Below the pieces are notes generated by a model that saw nothing but the letters and a program-made list of their open reading frames with translations, was not told the origin of the DNA and made no database searches. From the IMG/VR virus record IMGVR_UViG_3300025112_004324: a DNA stretch of 43,513 bases, one strand, 5' to 3'. Below, one piece after another: positions 35,676 to 43,513 of this stretch. The position numbers and the translations under genes were made by a program. Position 1 is the stretch's first letter; each line of letters opens with the position of its first letter. Source of the stretch: a virus.

Positions 35676-37060
35676 TGATTAAACTTATAATTTTTGATTT
35701 AGATGGAGTGTTAGTTGATGCAAGAGAGTTACATTACGAGGCACTTAATAGAGCTTTAAAAAGTATCGGTGAAGAATATGTTATAAAAAGAGAAGAACAC
35801 TTATCTACTTATGATGGATTACCTACTAATAAGAAACTCAACATGCTGAGTAAGAAAAAAGGCCTTCCAAAAGAATTGCACGATGAAGTTTGGAAGTTGA
35901 AACAAGAAATGACTCGTAAAATCATAGATGAAGAAATGACTTATGACGAAAAAATGAGAGGTATTCTTAGAAGGTTTAAGTCAGAGGGATACAGAATTTG
36001 TGTAGCTTCAAACTCTATTCGAGAGTCTTGTAAGATGATGTTGGTTAGAAAAGGGTTAATTGATTATATTGAATTTTTCTATTCTAACCAAGATGTAAAA
36101 AATCCAAAACCAAACACGGAAATGTATTTGAAGTGTATGATAAAAGCGGAGGTGAATCCAAATGAAACGGTTATTGTTGAAGATTCAGATGTGGGTAGAA
36201 AATCTGCTACTGCGTCTGGAGCAGTTCTTTGCGCGGTAGAAGATACTGATGATGTTTCTTATGAGAAAGTTAGAAGAGTTGTAAATGAAGCAGACAGAGA
36301 AGAAGAAATTAAACCAAAATGGCAAGGGGGTAATATGAATGTACTTATACCGATGGCTGGTGCCGGAAAGAGATTTGAAGAAGTAGGATATACTTTTCCA
36401 AAACCGTTAATTGATGTTTCTGGAAAACCTATGATTCAACTTGTAGTTGAAAATTTGAACATAGAAGCTAAGCATGTTTTTGTAGTTCAGAAAGAACATT
36501 ATGAGAAATACAATCTCAAACATATGTTGAATCTTGTATCACCGAATTGCGAAGTTGTACAAGTTGAAGAATTAACAGAGGGAGCAGCCTGCACTACTTT
36601 ATTGGCAGAAGAGTATATTGATAATGATGAACCACTCTTATTAGCAAATTCAGACCAATATCTTGATTGGAACAGTAACGAGTTTATGTATTCTATGATA
36701 GCAGATGATATAGATGGTGGGATATTAACATTTACAGCAACACACCCTAAATGGAGTTTTGCGAAACTGGATGACAGTGGATTTGTTGAACGTGTTGCAG
36801 AGAAAGACCCTATTAGTGATGTAGCAACAGTTGGTTTATATTTTTGGACTCGCGGCTCGGATTATGTGAAGTATGCCAAACAAATGATAGAAAAGGATAT
36901 AAGAACTAACAATGAATTTTATGTTTGTCCAGTATATAATGAAGCTATAGCAGATGGAAAGAAAATTAAGACATATCACATTGATAGAAAACAAATGTGG
37001 GGTTTAGGAACTCCAGAAGATTTGGACACTTTTACAAAGGAGAAACGAAATGGAGCATAA
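35675..37060 (+). CDS. HAD-family phosphatase fused to a nucleotidyltransferase (NTP-transferase family)
   Basis: N-terminal FDLDGVLVD, KP and VEDS; C-terminal IPMAGAGKRF, PKPLI, NSDQ, VAEK and GLGTPEDL. Confidence 0.85.
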   Translation: MIKLIIFDLDGVLVDARELHYEALNRALKSIGEEYVIKREEHLSTYDGLPTNKKLNMLSKKKGLPKELHDEVWKLKQEMTRKIIDEEMTYDEKMRGILRRFKSEGYRICVASNSIRESCKMMLVRKGLIDYIEFFYSNQDVKNPKPNTEMYLKCMIKAEVNPNETVIVEDSDVGRKSATASGAVLCAVEDTDDVSYEKVRRVVNEADREEEIKPKWQGGNMNVLIPMAGAGKRFEEVGYTFPKPLIDVSGKPMIQLVVENLNIEAKHVFVVQKEHYEKYNLKHMLNLVSPNCEVVQVEELTEGAACTTLLAEEYIDNDEPLLLANSDQYLDWNSNEFMYSMIADDIDGGILTFTATHPKWSFAKLDDSGFVERVAEKDPISDVATVGLYFWTRGSDYVKYAKQMIEKDIRTNNEFYVCPVYNEAIADGKKIKTYHIDRKQMWGLGTPEDLDTFTKEKRNGA

Positions 37061-38021
37061 AGGATTAGTTGCATTTGGGGGGGTCTGGCCAAATTCTCAT
37101 CAAGAAAATTTTGAAGCAGAGTGTGATAGAATTCTCGCTAGTACTGCTCTTGAATTTGGAATATCTGGGTTTAAAGGTGAAGCTGAATCTGAATTTACAC
37201 GAATTGTAGGAATGTCAACGGCTGGAACTAAAGGTGAGGATTATGTAAAAGCAATTAATGAAATAGACCCAGAATTGTTTGATTATATTGATAAATTTAG
37301 AGAGAATGATAAATGTGGAGATCCAATATTAAAAGATTTTGGTGAAGTGGAAGCAACTGTTTCTGGATCCATAACATATAAGACTTTAATAGAAGCAAGT
37401 AGAGATGAAAGTGGAAACCCAGTATTAAAAGATTTTAGTAAATTAGGCAAGATATCTGCAAATACATTACGCTATGTTATGACTTTAGCTTTTTTAAGAA
37501 AACATTTTTCAACCAAGTTAGATAATATGACATTTGTGGAAATTGGCGGTGGTTATGGTGGTTTATGTAAAGTTATATCTTGTGTTGTTGATTTTAAATC
37601 TTATACTTTAATTGATTTACCATCAGTAGTTCGATTACAAAGAAAATATTTAGAAATATTGGGATTTGATAAAGACGATCCTGATACACCAGTACGAGTA
37701 GTTCATTTTTATGATTCAGAAAATATAGATGTTGATAAAGAATATGATATATGCATAAGTGAATATTGTATATCAGAATTTGATATTCCTGGACAAGAAT
37801 TTTATATTGATAATGTGATAGGAAAAAGTAAAAATGCATATCTTTTAATTAATTTTCATCATAGTGGTGGGTATAATCATCCAGATGTTACTACACCATT
37901 TATGGATAAGCTAAAAAATTATTTTGATATAGTAGAGTTAATTGAAGATCCAGAGTTTCCTTCAATTGATAAAGTTAAAGATGGTAAATATATAATATGT
38001 AAGGATAATAAAAATTTGTAA
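37050..38021 (+). CDS. Putative sugar O-methyltransferase
   Basis: TLRY; VEIGGGYGGL; LIDLP..LQ.KYL; ISEYCISE. Confidence 0.75.
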   Translation: MEHKGLVAFGGVWPNSHQENFEAECDRILASTALEFGISGFKGEAESEFTRIVGMSTAGTKGEDYVKAINEIDPELFDYIDKFRENDKCGDPILKDFGEVEATVSGSITYKTLIEASRDESGNPVLKDFSKLGKISANTLRYVMTLAFLRKHFSTKLDNMTFVEIGGGYGGLCKVISCVVDFKSYTLIDLPSVVRLQRKYLEILGFDKDDPDTPVRVVHFYDSENIDVDKEYDICISEYCISEFDIPGQEFYIDNVIGKSKNAYLLINFHHSGGYNHPDVTTPFMDKLKNYFDIVELIEDPEFPSIDKVKDGKYIICKDNKNL

Positions 38022-38848
38022 TGTTAAGTAAAAATCAATATGAAGATAAAAATAGGTGTTTCATTTTAGGAACGGGACCGAGTCTTGCACAAATAGATTT
38101 AGAACCACTTAAAAATGAAATAACAATTGGAGTTAATTCTATACTTTTAGTGGATGTTTTTTCATCAGATGCTGGTTCTATACATACGAGAAAATTAATT
38201 CCAAATGTATTAGTAATGGGAGATACATTACATATTAATGAAATTGCTGATTTAATTTTTATCCCAGAAATGAAAGACAGCGATTATGTTTTATGTGGTG
38301 GATGTAAAATGGATACTTGTGATAGGTCAGCAGGTTCTACTTGTCATTTGCCACCGCAACTTCTCGAACATATCAATCTATTAAATCAACATAATAATAA
38401 TGTAAGATTTGTTTATCATTATGAAAAGAGTGGATGGCACAATCACTTAGCAGATGGAACTGAACTTCCCTTTGAAAAATCAACTGAGTTTGTAAGGGAG
38501 AATTTTTACATTGATGATGATTTAAATACATTTAGTACTTATGGTGGTGGTGTGATTAATGATTTGGCATTTTCTACGGCAGTATATTTAGGATTTAAAA
38601 AGATATATTTACTTGGATGTGATGGTGGATTTGATCATTTTGTTGAAACAGGAAGAGACCATATTGATACTAGAATTGGTTACAATATTAGAAAGCATGG
38701 TGCAAAAAGACCAAATGTTCACTATGGAGTATTAAGAGAAAAATTAAATAAAAGGGGAATTGAAGTATTTAATTGTTCTCCAACAAACGCACATTCAGAT
38801 TTAGAATATAGAGATTACAAGGAGATAATAAATGAAGAAAGTAATTAA
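38021..38848 (+). CDS. DUF115 / Maf / MptE-like protein (putative CMP-sugar transferase)
   Basis: CFILGTGPSL; TIGVN; LGFKKIYLLGCD. Confidence 0.65.
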   Translation: MLSKNQYEDKNRCFILGTGPSLAQIDLEPLKNEITIGVNSILLVDVFSSDAGSIHTRKLIPNVLVMGDTLHINEIADLIFIPEMKDSDYVLCGGCKMDTCDRSAGSTCHLPPQLLEHINLLNQHNNNVRFVYHYEKSGWHNHLADGTELPFEKSTEFVRENFYIDDDLNTFSTYGGGVINDLAFSTAVYLGFKKIYLLGCDGGFDHFVETGRDHIDTRIGYNIRKHGAKRPNVHYGVLREKLNKRGIEVFNCSPTNAHSDLEYRDYKEIINEESN

Positions 38849-39287
38849 TATAGAGACATTTAAATTATTCACAGACATTACTGGAACGGTTCAAAATATG
38901 GCGAGGGATTGGGCAAAGAGTGGATTGGTACATATTTTTTCAACCCACACTACAGGTTGCGTAAGAGTATTAGAAAATGAAATTTTATCATATGCAGATA
39001 TTCGTTTTTGGTTAGATAAATATACACCAAAAGATAAACCAGAAAATAGAAGATATTTACATGACTTGATTTCTTTGAGAGAGGATGTCGATCAAGATGA
39101 GAGGATAAATGGATTTGCTCATATGAGAAGTTTATTTTTTAATACTTCAGAAACGATTCCAGTTGCAGAGGGACGAATTGTTTTAGGAAAATGGCAATCA
39201 ATTGTATTTGTAGAATTAGACCCAGGAGATGGAGAGAAAGTCAAGTTAAAAGCCAGAGAGTTAATTGTTACATTTATTGAAGAATAA
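38832..39287 (+). CDS. yjbQ: YjbQ (UPF0047) family protein
   Basis: HTT; ENE; YLHD; NGFAHMRS; LGKWQSIVFVELD; RE. Confidence 0.8.
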   Translation: MKKVINIETFKLFTDITGTVQNMARDWAKSGLVHIFSTHTTGCVRVLENEILSYADIRFWLDKYTPKDKPENRRYLHDLISLREDVDQDERINGFAHMRSLFFNTSETIPVAEGRIVLGKWQSIVFVELDPGDGEKVKLKARELIVTFIEE

Positions 39288-39297
39288 AAGTTAGATA

Positions 39298-39663
39298 ATG
39301 AGTAAAATAAACGGTAAAAAAGCAGAAGATTGGATTGAAGAAAATCATCCAGAGAATGGAATATTCAGAGTTTATTGGAAAGATCCGGTGCCCCGTGAAA
39401 CTCGCAACAGTGGAGGATATACAACCTATGATGGTGGAGCAACTTTTGATCCAGAAGAAGGTGAAGGATTGAGGTATGAGTGGTATTATGAAAAAGGACA
39501 CCGAGCAGACGGTCTCTCTAGAAGTTGGTGGCCCAATGGTAATTTAAAACAAACAGTAACTTGGCAAAACGGGAAAAGATATGGATGGTGGACTCAATGG
39601 TATGAGAATGGGCAGAAGAAGTGGGCAGGTCCTCGTTTTGATGGCCAATATGAACCCGATTGA
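39298..39663 (+). CDS. MORN-variant repeat protein (YwqK-like)
   Basis: WYYEKG, SWWPNG and QWYENGQKK repeats. Confidence 0.7.
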   Translation: MSKINGKKAEDWIEENHPENGIFRVYWKDPVPRETRNSGGYTTYDGGATFDPEEGEGLRYEWYYEKGHRADGLSRSWWPNGNLKQTVTWQNGKRYGWWTQWYENGQKKWAGPRFDGQYEPD

Positions 39664-39678
39664 TCTCCGGAATGAAGA

Positions 39679-40350
39679 ATGAAATTTTTTACTATTATTA
39701 AAGAACATTCTGAAAGGCTTCCAAATAAAAACTTTTTAGACTTGGGTGGCCTTCCAATTTATAAACACCTTTTGTATGAATTAAGAGGGAAGGAAGTATA
39801 TTTGGATACAGATAGTAAGAAAGTAATTAAAGAGTGTCATGAAGATAAAAATTTACATCACGTGATAGCTTACAAAAGAAGAAAGAAATTTATAGATTTG
39901 GAAAATAGTGGAGAATTTGGAGCAAGTCCGGCGTTGCTAATGATAGAAAATTTTTTAAATAAGTATGTTGAAGATGATGATGAAATAATAATAACACCTC
40001 ACGTAACATCGCCATTTATAAAGATGAAAACAATTAAGAAAGCAGTTAAGAAATTAGGAGATAAATTTGACAGTGTTTGTTCAGTTACTATGCACAAAGA
40101 ATTTGCTTGGTTAAAATACAAGAATGGTGAATATTCTGCCATTAATTTTAATCCAGGCATAGTGGAAAAGACACAGAATTTGCCTCCAATTATAATGGGA
40201 AATGGGGCTTTCTTTATATTCACGAAGAGGACATTTATAAAATACAATAATAGATTAGGAAAGAACCCGTATTATTTTGTTTTATCTATGCCAGAAAGTA
40301 TAGAAATAGATTATCAAGAAGATTATGAACTAGCACAAAAATATAGTTAG
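39679..40350 (+). CDS. Acylneuraminate/ulosonate cytidylyltransferase (CMP-NeuAc synthetase family)
   Basis: SERLPNKN; DTDS; TSPF; DSV; NGAF; IEIDYQED. Confidence 0.85.
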   Translation: MKFFTIIKEHSERLPNKNFLDLGGLPIYKHLLYELRGKEVYLDTDSKKVIKECHEDKNLHHVIAYKRRKKFIDLENSGEFGASPALLMIENFLNKYVEDDDEIIITPHVTSPFIKMKTIKKAVKKLGDKFDSVCSVTMHKEFAWLKYKNGEYSAINFNPGIVEKTQNLPPIIMGNGAFFIFTKRTFIKYNNRLGKNPYYFVLSMPESIEIDYQEDYELAQKYS

Positions 40351-40359
40351 GGGAATATT

Positions 40360-41331
40360 ATGAAAGAAATTCAAATAATTGATGTAACATTAAGAGACGG
40401 TGGTCATATGGTAGATTTTGATTGGCCTATGGAATTCGCTCAAGAGTATTATAGTTTAATGACAAGACTACGGGGAGTAGAATTAGTAGAATTGGGTTAT
40501 TGGAAACAGACCGAAAAAAGTGAAAACCCATTTTATAATTTGAACCAAGATGTAGTAGAAGAAGTTACAGGAGGAAGGGGCAGAAGAAATGTATCTGTAA
40601 TGGTAGATTATCATTATTGTAGCCATGAATTAGATGATTATCCTACAAATTTACAGAGAGAAATAGGTTTGATACGATTGACTTGTAGGAAAGACCATTT
40701 GGATGATGGATTAGAGTTTGCTTCTGCACTTAAAAAACACACTAAACTTCCTGTTTCATTCAATATTTTTAATATAAGTAACTATAATAAAAGAGAATTT
40801 ACTCGTGTGTGTAGAAAAGTTATAAAACGTGATTTTGATTATATTTACACTGCTGATACTCACGGTAATATAAACTTTACGCTAACTTTGGCGACATTCT
40901 TTTTAAATTGGGAAAGATTAAAGACCGCAGGTAAGAAGGTTGGGATGCATCTCCACGATCATACAGGTAAAGCTTATTTTAATTATGGAATTTGTCAATA
41001 CAATCCTTTCATTGATTCTGTAGATACTTCTATTAGAGGGATGGGAAAGGGAGCTGGAAATCTTCAATTAGAGCATGTCTTGCCAGATAAAGATGCATTT
41101 AAAGTTTTAGAATTTATTCACAAATACAAAGATAAATTTGAGAGACCGTTTGATCCATACTGCACTGTTACAGGAAGATTTAGTATTACTGACAATTATG
41201 CAAAACAAGCAGTTCAACTTGGAGTGTCAGTAGGAGATTTTGTAGAGTTTTGTAGAACTGTAGCGAAAATAGAGAAGGATTCTTTTAACAATCAATTACT
41301 AATAGATTGGAAGGATAAATATTTAATATGA
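40360..41331 (+). CDS. DRE-TIM (HMGL-like) metallo-aldolase, 4-hydroxy-2-oxovalerate aldolase-like
   Basis: DVTLRDGG; ADT.G; GMHLHDH; GMGKGAGN. Confidence 0.8.
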   Translation: MKEIQIIDVTLRDGGHMVDFDWPMEFAQEYYSLMTRLRGVELVELGYWKQTEKSENPFYNLNQDVVEEVTGGRGRRNVSVMVDYHYCSHELDDYPTNLQREIGLIRLTCRKDHLDDGLEFASALKKHTKLPVSFNIFNISNYNKREFTRVCRKVIKRDFDYIYTADTHGNINFTLTLATFFLNWERLKTAGKKVGMHLHDHTGKAYFNYGICQYNPFIDSVDTSIRGMGKGAGNLQLEHVLPDKDAFKVLEFIHKYKDKFERPFDPYCTVTGRFSITDNYAKQAVQLGVSVGDFVEFCRTVAKIEKDSFNNQLLIDWKDKYLI

Positions 41332-42023
41332 AGAATGCATTAATTACAGGAATAAGTGCTGGGTTAGGAAAGGCACTTGCTGAAACATATAAAGAATTTG
41401 GATATGAAGTATATGGTTTAAGTAGAAGAAAAGTTGAAGGGTATAAACATATTGAATGTGATCTTATATGGAAACATCAAATTCCTGAAAAATTACGACA
41501 GGTGTTAACGGATGTAAGTGAAATTGATGTGGTTATTTTTAACGCTGGTGTTCTCGGTCAAATTGAATTTTCAAATAAAGTAGTTTTACCCGAACTAGAA
41601 AGAGTACTTGATATTAATACATTATCTAATAAAATGATACTTGATTATTTAATTAATAAAAAAGTTAAAGTAGAACAAGTAGTAGCAATATCTTCTGGAG
41701 CGTCAATTAGTACTTATCCTGGATGGGGAGCTTATTCTATTTCTAAGGCAGCACTTAATATGATGATGAAAGTTTATGCAGTAGAAAATCCCAAAACACA
41801 TTTTTTATCACTTTCTCCAGGACCAGTAAATACTTCAATGCAGGATTTTATATGTGAAGAGATAGATGGAGAGAAATTTGAATGGAAGGAGAAGTTTGTT
41901 GAGTTAAGAGAAAATGCTGGTGCCCCTTCTCCAGAGAATACTGCAGATAAAATTTATGGATTATTACCACGATTAAAGGACGAACTTGAAAGTGGTAGTT
42001 TTGTAGATATAAGGAAGTTATAA
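41328..42023 (+). CDS. Short-chain dehydrogenase/reductase
   Basis: TGISAGLG; NAG; SS; YSISK (YxxxK); PG.V.T. Confidence 0.9.
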   Translation: MKNALITGISAGLGKALAETYKEFGYEVYGLSRRKVEGYKHIECDLIWKHQIPEKLRQVLTDVSEIDVVIFNAGVLGQIEFSNKVVLPELERVLDINTLSNKMILDYLINKKVKVEQVVAISSGASISTYPGWGAYSISKAALNMMMKVYAVENPKTHFLSLSPGPVNTSMQDFICEEIDGEKFEWKEKFVELRENAGAPSPENTADKIYGLLPRLKDELESGSFVDIRKL

Positions 42024-42026
42024 TAT

Positions 42027-42974
42027 TTGAAAGAAGTTACAATCAATTATCTTGGCCACGACAGATCTCATTATTTTAATACTATATTTGGCCAACTCGT
42101 TAATATCAAACCAGAAAATAAAGAATTGATTGAAGTCAATATATTTGTTTCATATGAAGTCAATCCACTTATCAACTTAAATTTATTATTAGACAATGGA
42201 ATTGATGCTCAAATTATTTATGATCCAGTACAAGGTAGACACTATATGTCTAAAGTGGAAAGGGCAGTAGAAATATCAAAAGAGTATAGTGTTTCATTAG
42301 ATGAAGATGTTTTTATAAACAATCATATTTGGGATTTTCTAATTGAGAATAGAAATGAGTTAGACCGAGAAGATGTTCTATTGATGTGTCCTTTATTATC
42401 TACTGGACTTCCAATGGTAGATTGGTTTGTAGAACAATTTTTTGATGACGATACGATAAGTTATATTCATAATTTATTTAAAAATATAAAATTTGAGCCG
42501 AGATCTTATGCTCCCCCTGGATGTGAAGTCTTAAATAAATGTACAATGGAAGCTGATGAGTGGGATTATGAAAATTTTTATAGTGAAGTACATAAGATGG
42601 ATACTTATTACAAAGGAATTCATCCAGTTAGATTTTCAGGTGATATTCAAGAGAAACTTTTACTGCAGGTCTTGAATAATAAGAGAAAATTGTTTGAAAA
42701 GTTTGACTATAGTATTTTTTCTGGAAAGGATAGACCATATTTTTGTAATAATATGTTTATGATGAAGACAGAAAACTGGAGAAAATTTGTTTTTGATACG
42801 ACACTTTTTGTTGATAGGTTTGAAGAAGTTCCTTTGAATAGATTTAGAGATATGCATGATTTAGATATGTTATATATTAATAATGCATTCGGAGTACATC
42901 CAGCATATAACTGGATGGGAATGGATAGATATAGAGAAATGTCAGATTGGTTTTTTCATGATATCAGTACGTGA
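42027..42974 (+). CDS. Hypothetical protein, possibly GT-A-like
   Basis: TTG start; VSLDEDVF (DxD-like); glycan-cluster context. Confidence 0.5.
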   Translation: MKEVTINYLGHDRSHYFNTIFGQLVNIKPENKELIEVNIFVSYEVNPLINLNLLLDNGIDAQIIYDPVQGRHYMSKVERAVEISKEYSVSLDEDVFINNHIWDFLIENRNELDREDVLLMCPLLSTGLPMVDWFVEQFFDDDTISYIHNLFKNIKFEPRSYAPPGCEVLNKCTMEADEWDYENFYSEVHKMDTYYKGIHPVRFSGDIQEKLLLQVLNNKRKLFEKFDYSIFSGKDRPYFCNNMFMMKTENWRKFVFDTTLFVDRFEEVPLNRFRDMHDLDMLYINNAFGVHPAYNWMGMDRYREMSDWFFHDIST

Positions 42975-43014
42975 TTTTACATTAGATAGAGTATTAGAAT
43001 ACAAGGAGATAGAG

Positions 43015-43513
43015 GTGGAAGTAACTTCTGGTGATTTAAATGTAAATTGGAGTGGAAGTGAGGATATTACAGGCTCTTTAAATGAAAAAGCATTTTATGG
43101 ATTTAAGGATAAACATAAAGATAAGGAAGCTATTTTATTTTGTACAGGTCCGAGTTTAGCTCATTATGAGAAATTGGAAAATGAAGATGAAATGATTAGA
43201 GTAGGAGTGAACGGGACTATATTGAATAATGAAATAGCTTTTGCTCCACACCCAAAACTATCTGATAATAGGAGCCATCTGCTAGAACAGTCGGAAACCT
43301 CCAGATGTCAAAAATGTGGATATGAAGAAGGAGATAGTGTTTTACAGTATTGTCCATTAATAGAACACACTTTGGATTATTATTTTTTCGGAGATGACAG
43401 AAATCAAAATTCATATCTTGTAGCCAAACCAGGTACAGATGAACGTGAAGAAGATATAAAATTAATGGGGGATAGATTTGATGCTGGAGGTGGACAATCT
43501 TTCGGAATTGGAG
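43015..43513 (+). CDS. Second DUF115/Maf-like protein, 3'-truncated by the window edge (absent from the ORF track)
   Basis: AAGGAG + GTG at 43015 (alternative ATG 42958); open to the window end; FKDKHKDKEAILFCTGPSL...GVN...LDYYFFGD. Confidence 0.65.
   Translation, partial: MEVTSGDLNVNWSGSEDITGSLNEKAFYGFKDKHKDKEAILFCTGPSLAHYEKLENEDEMIRVGVNGTILNNEIAFAPHPKLSDNRSHLLEQSETSRCQKCGYEEGDSVLQYCPLIEHTLDYYFFGDDRNQNSYLVAKPGTDEREEDIKLMGDRFDAGGGQSFGIG

Noticed and set aside
433-43414. All minus-strand ORFs and the short alternative-frame plus ORFs (15654..15878, 33687..33878) in the ORF track
   Set aside because: They lie entirely within well-supported + strand genes, lack RBSs and motifs, and show the hydrophobic bias typical of antisense shadows of AT-rich genes.
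1-43513. Alternative genetic code (TAG or TGA recoding), inteins, introns, tRNAs
   Set aside because: Core genes are full length under code 11 and end in TAG, TGA or TAA. Polymerase, helicase, RecA and RNR have normal lengths. No tRNA cloverleaf was seen by eye.

Overview
A 43.5 kb AT-rich segment of a large dsDNA bacteriophage genome. It is gene-dense, every credible gene is on the + strand, many start and stop codons overlap, and the genetic code is standard (TAG is used as a stop). Left half (about 2.4-22.5 kb): a T4-type replication/recombination module with gp32-like SSB, UvsX/RecA, RNase H-type 5'-3' exonuclease, DnaB/gp41 helicase, class II B12-dependent ribonucleotide reductase, family B polymerase, gp45-like clamp and clamp-loader subunits. 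It also holds two SPPY-motif methyltransferases, a ClpP-like protease, DUF1599, a Cas4-like nuclease and a SLOG protein. A complete TonB-dependent outer-membrane receptor sits between nrdJ and the polymerase, with a textbook H-type RNA pseudoknot in its leader. Upstream of the SSB gene is a roughly 400-470 nt, highly base-paired non-coding region with its own promoter, a boxB/boxA-like leader and a terminator: a candidate large structured ncRNA that I cannot assign to a known family. Right half (22.7 kb to the end): a glycosylation locus of more than 20 kb with about 10 glycosyltransferase-like genes, nucleotide-sugar enzymes, methyltransferases, a CMP-sugar synthetase + DRE-TIM aldolase + SDR triad and two DUF115/Maf-like genes, but no flippase, polymerase or ABC exporter in the window. 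Protein calls come from recognising motifs by eye, not from database searches. RNA structures were paired by hand and have no covariation support. The host (Gram-negative, possibly aquatic FCB-group) is an inference. No tRNA, rRNA, CRISPR array, intein or transposase was seen.
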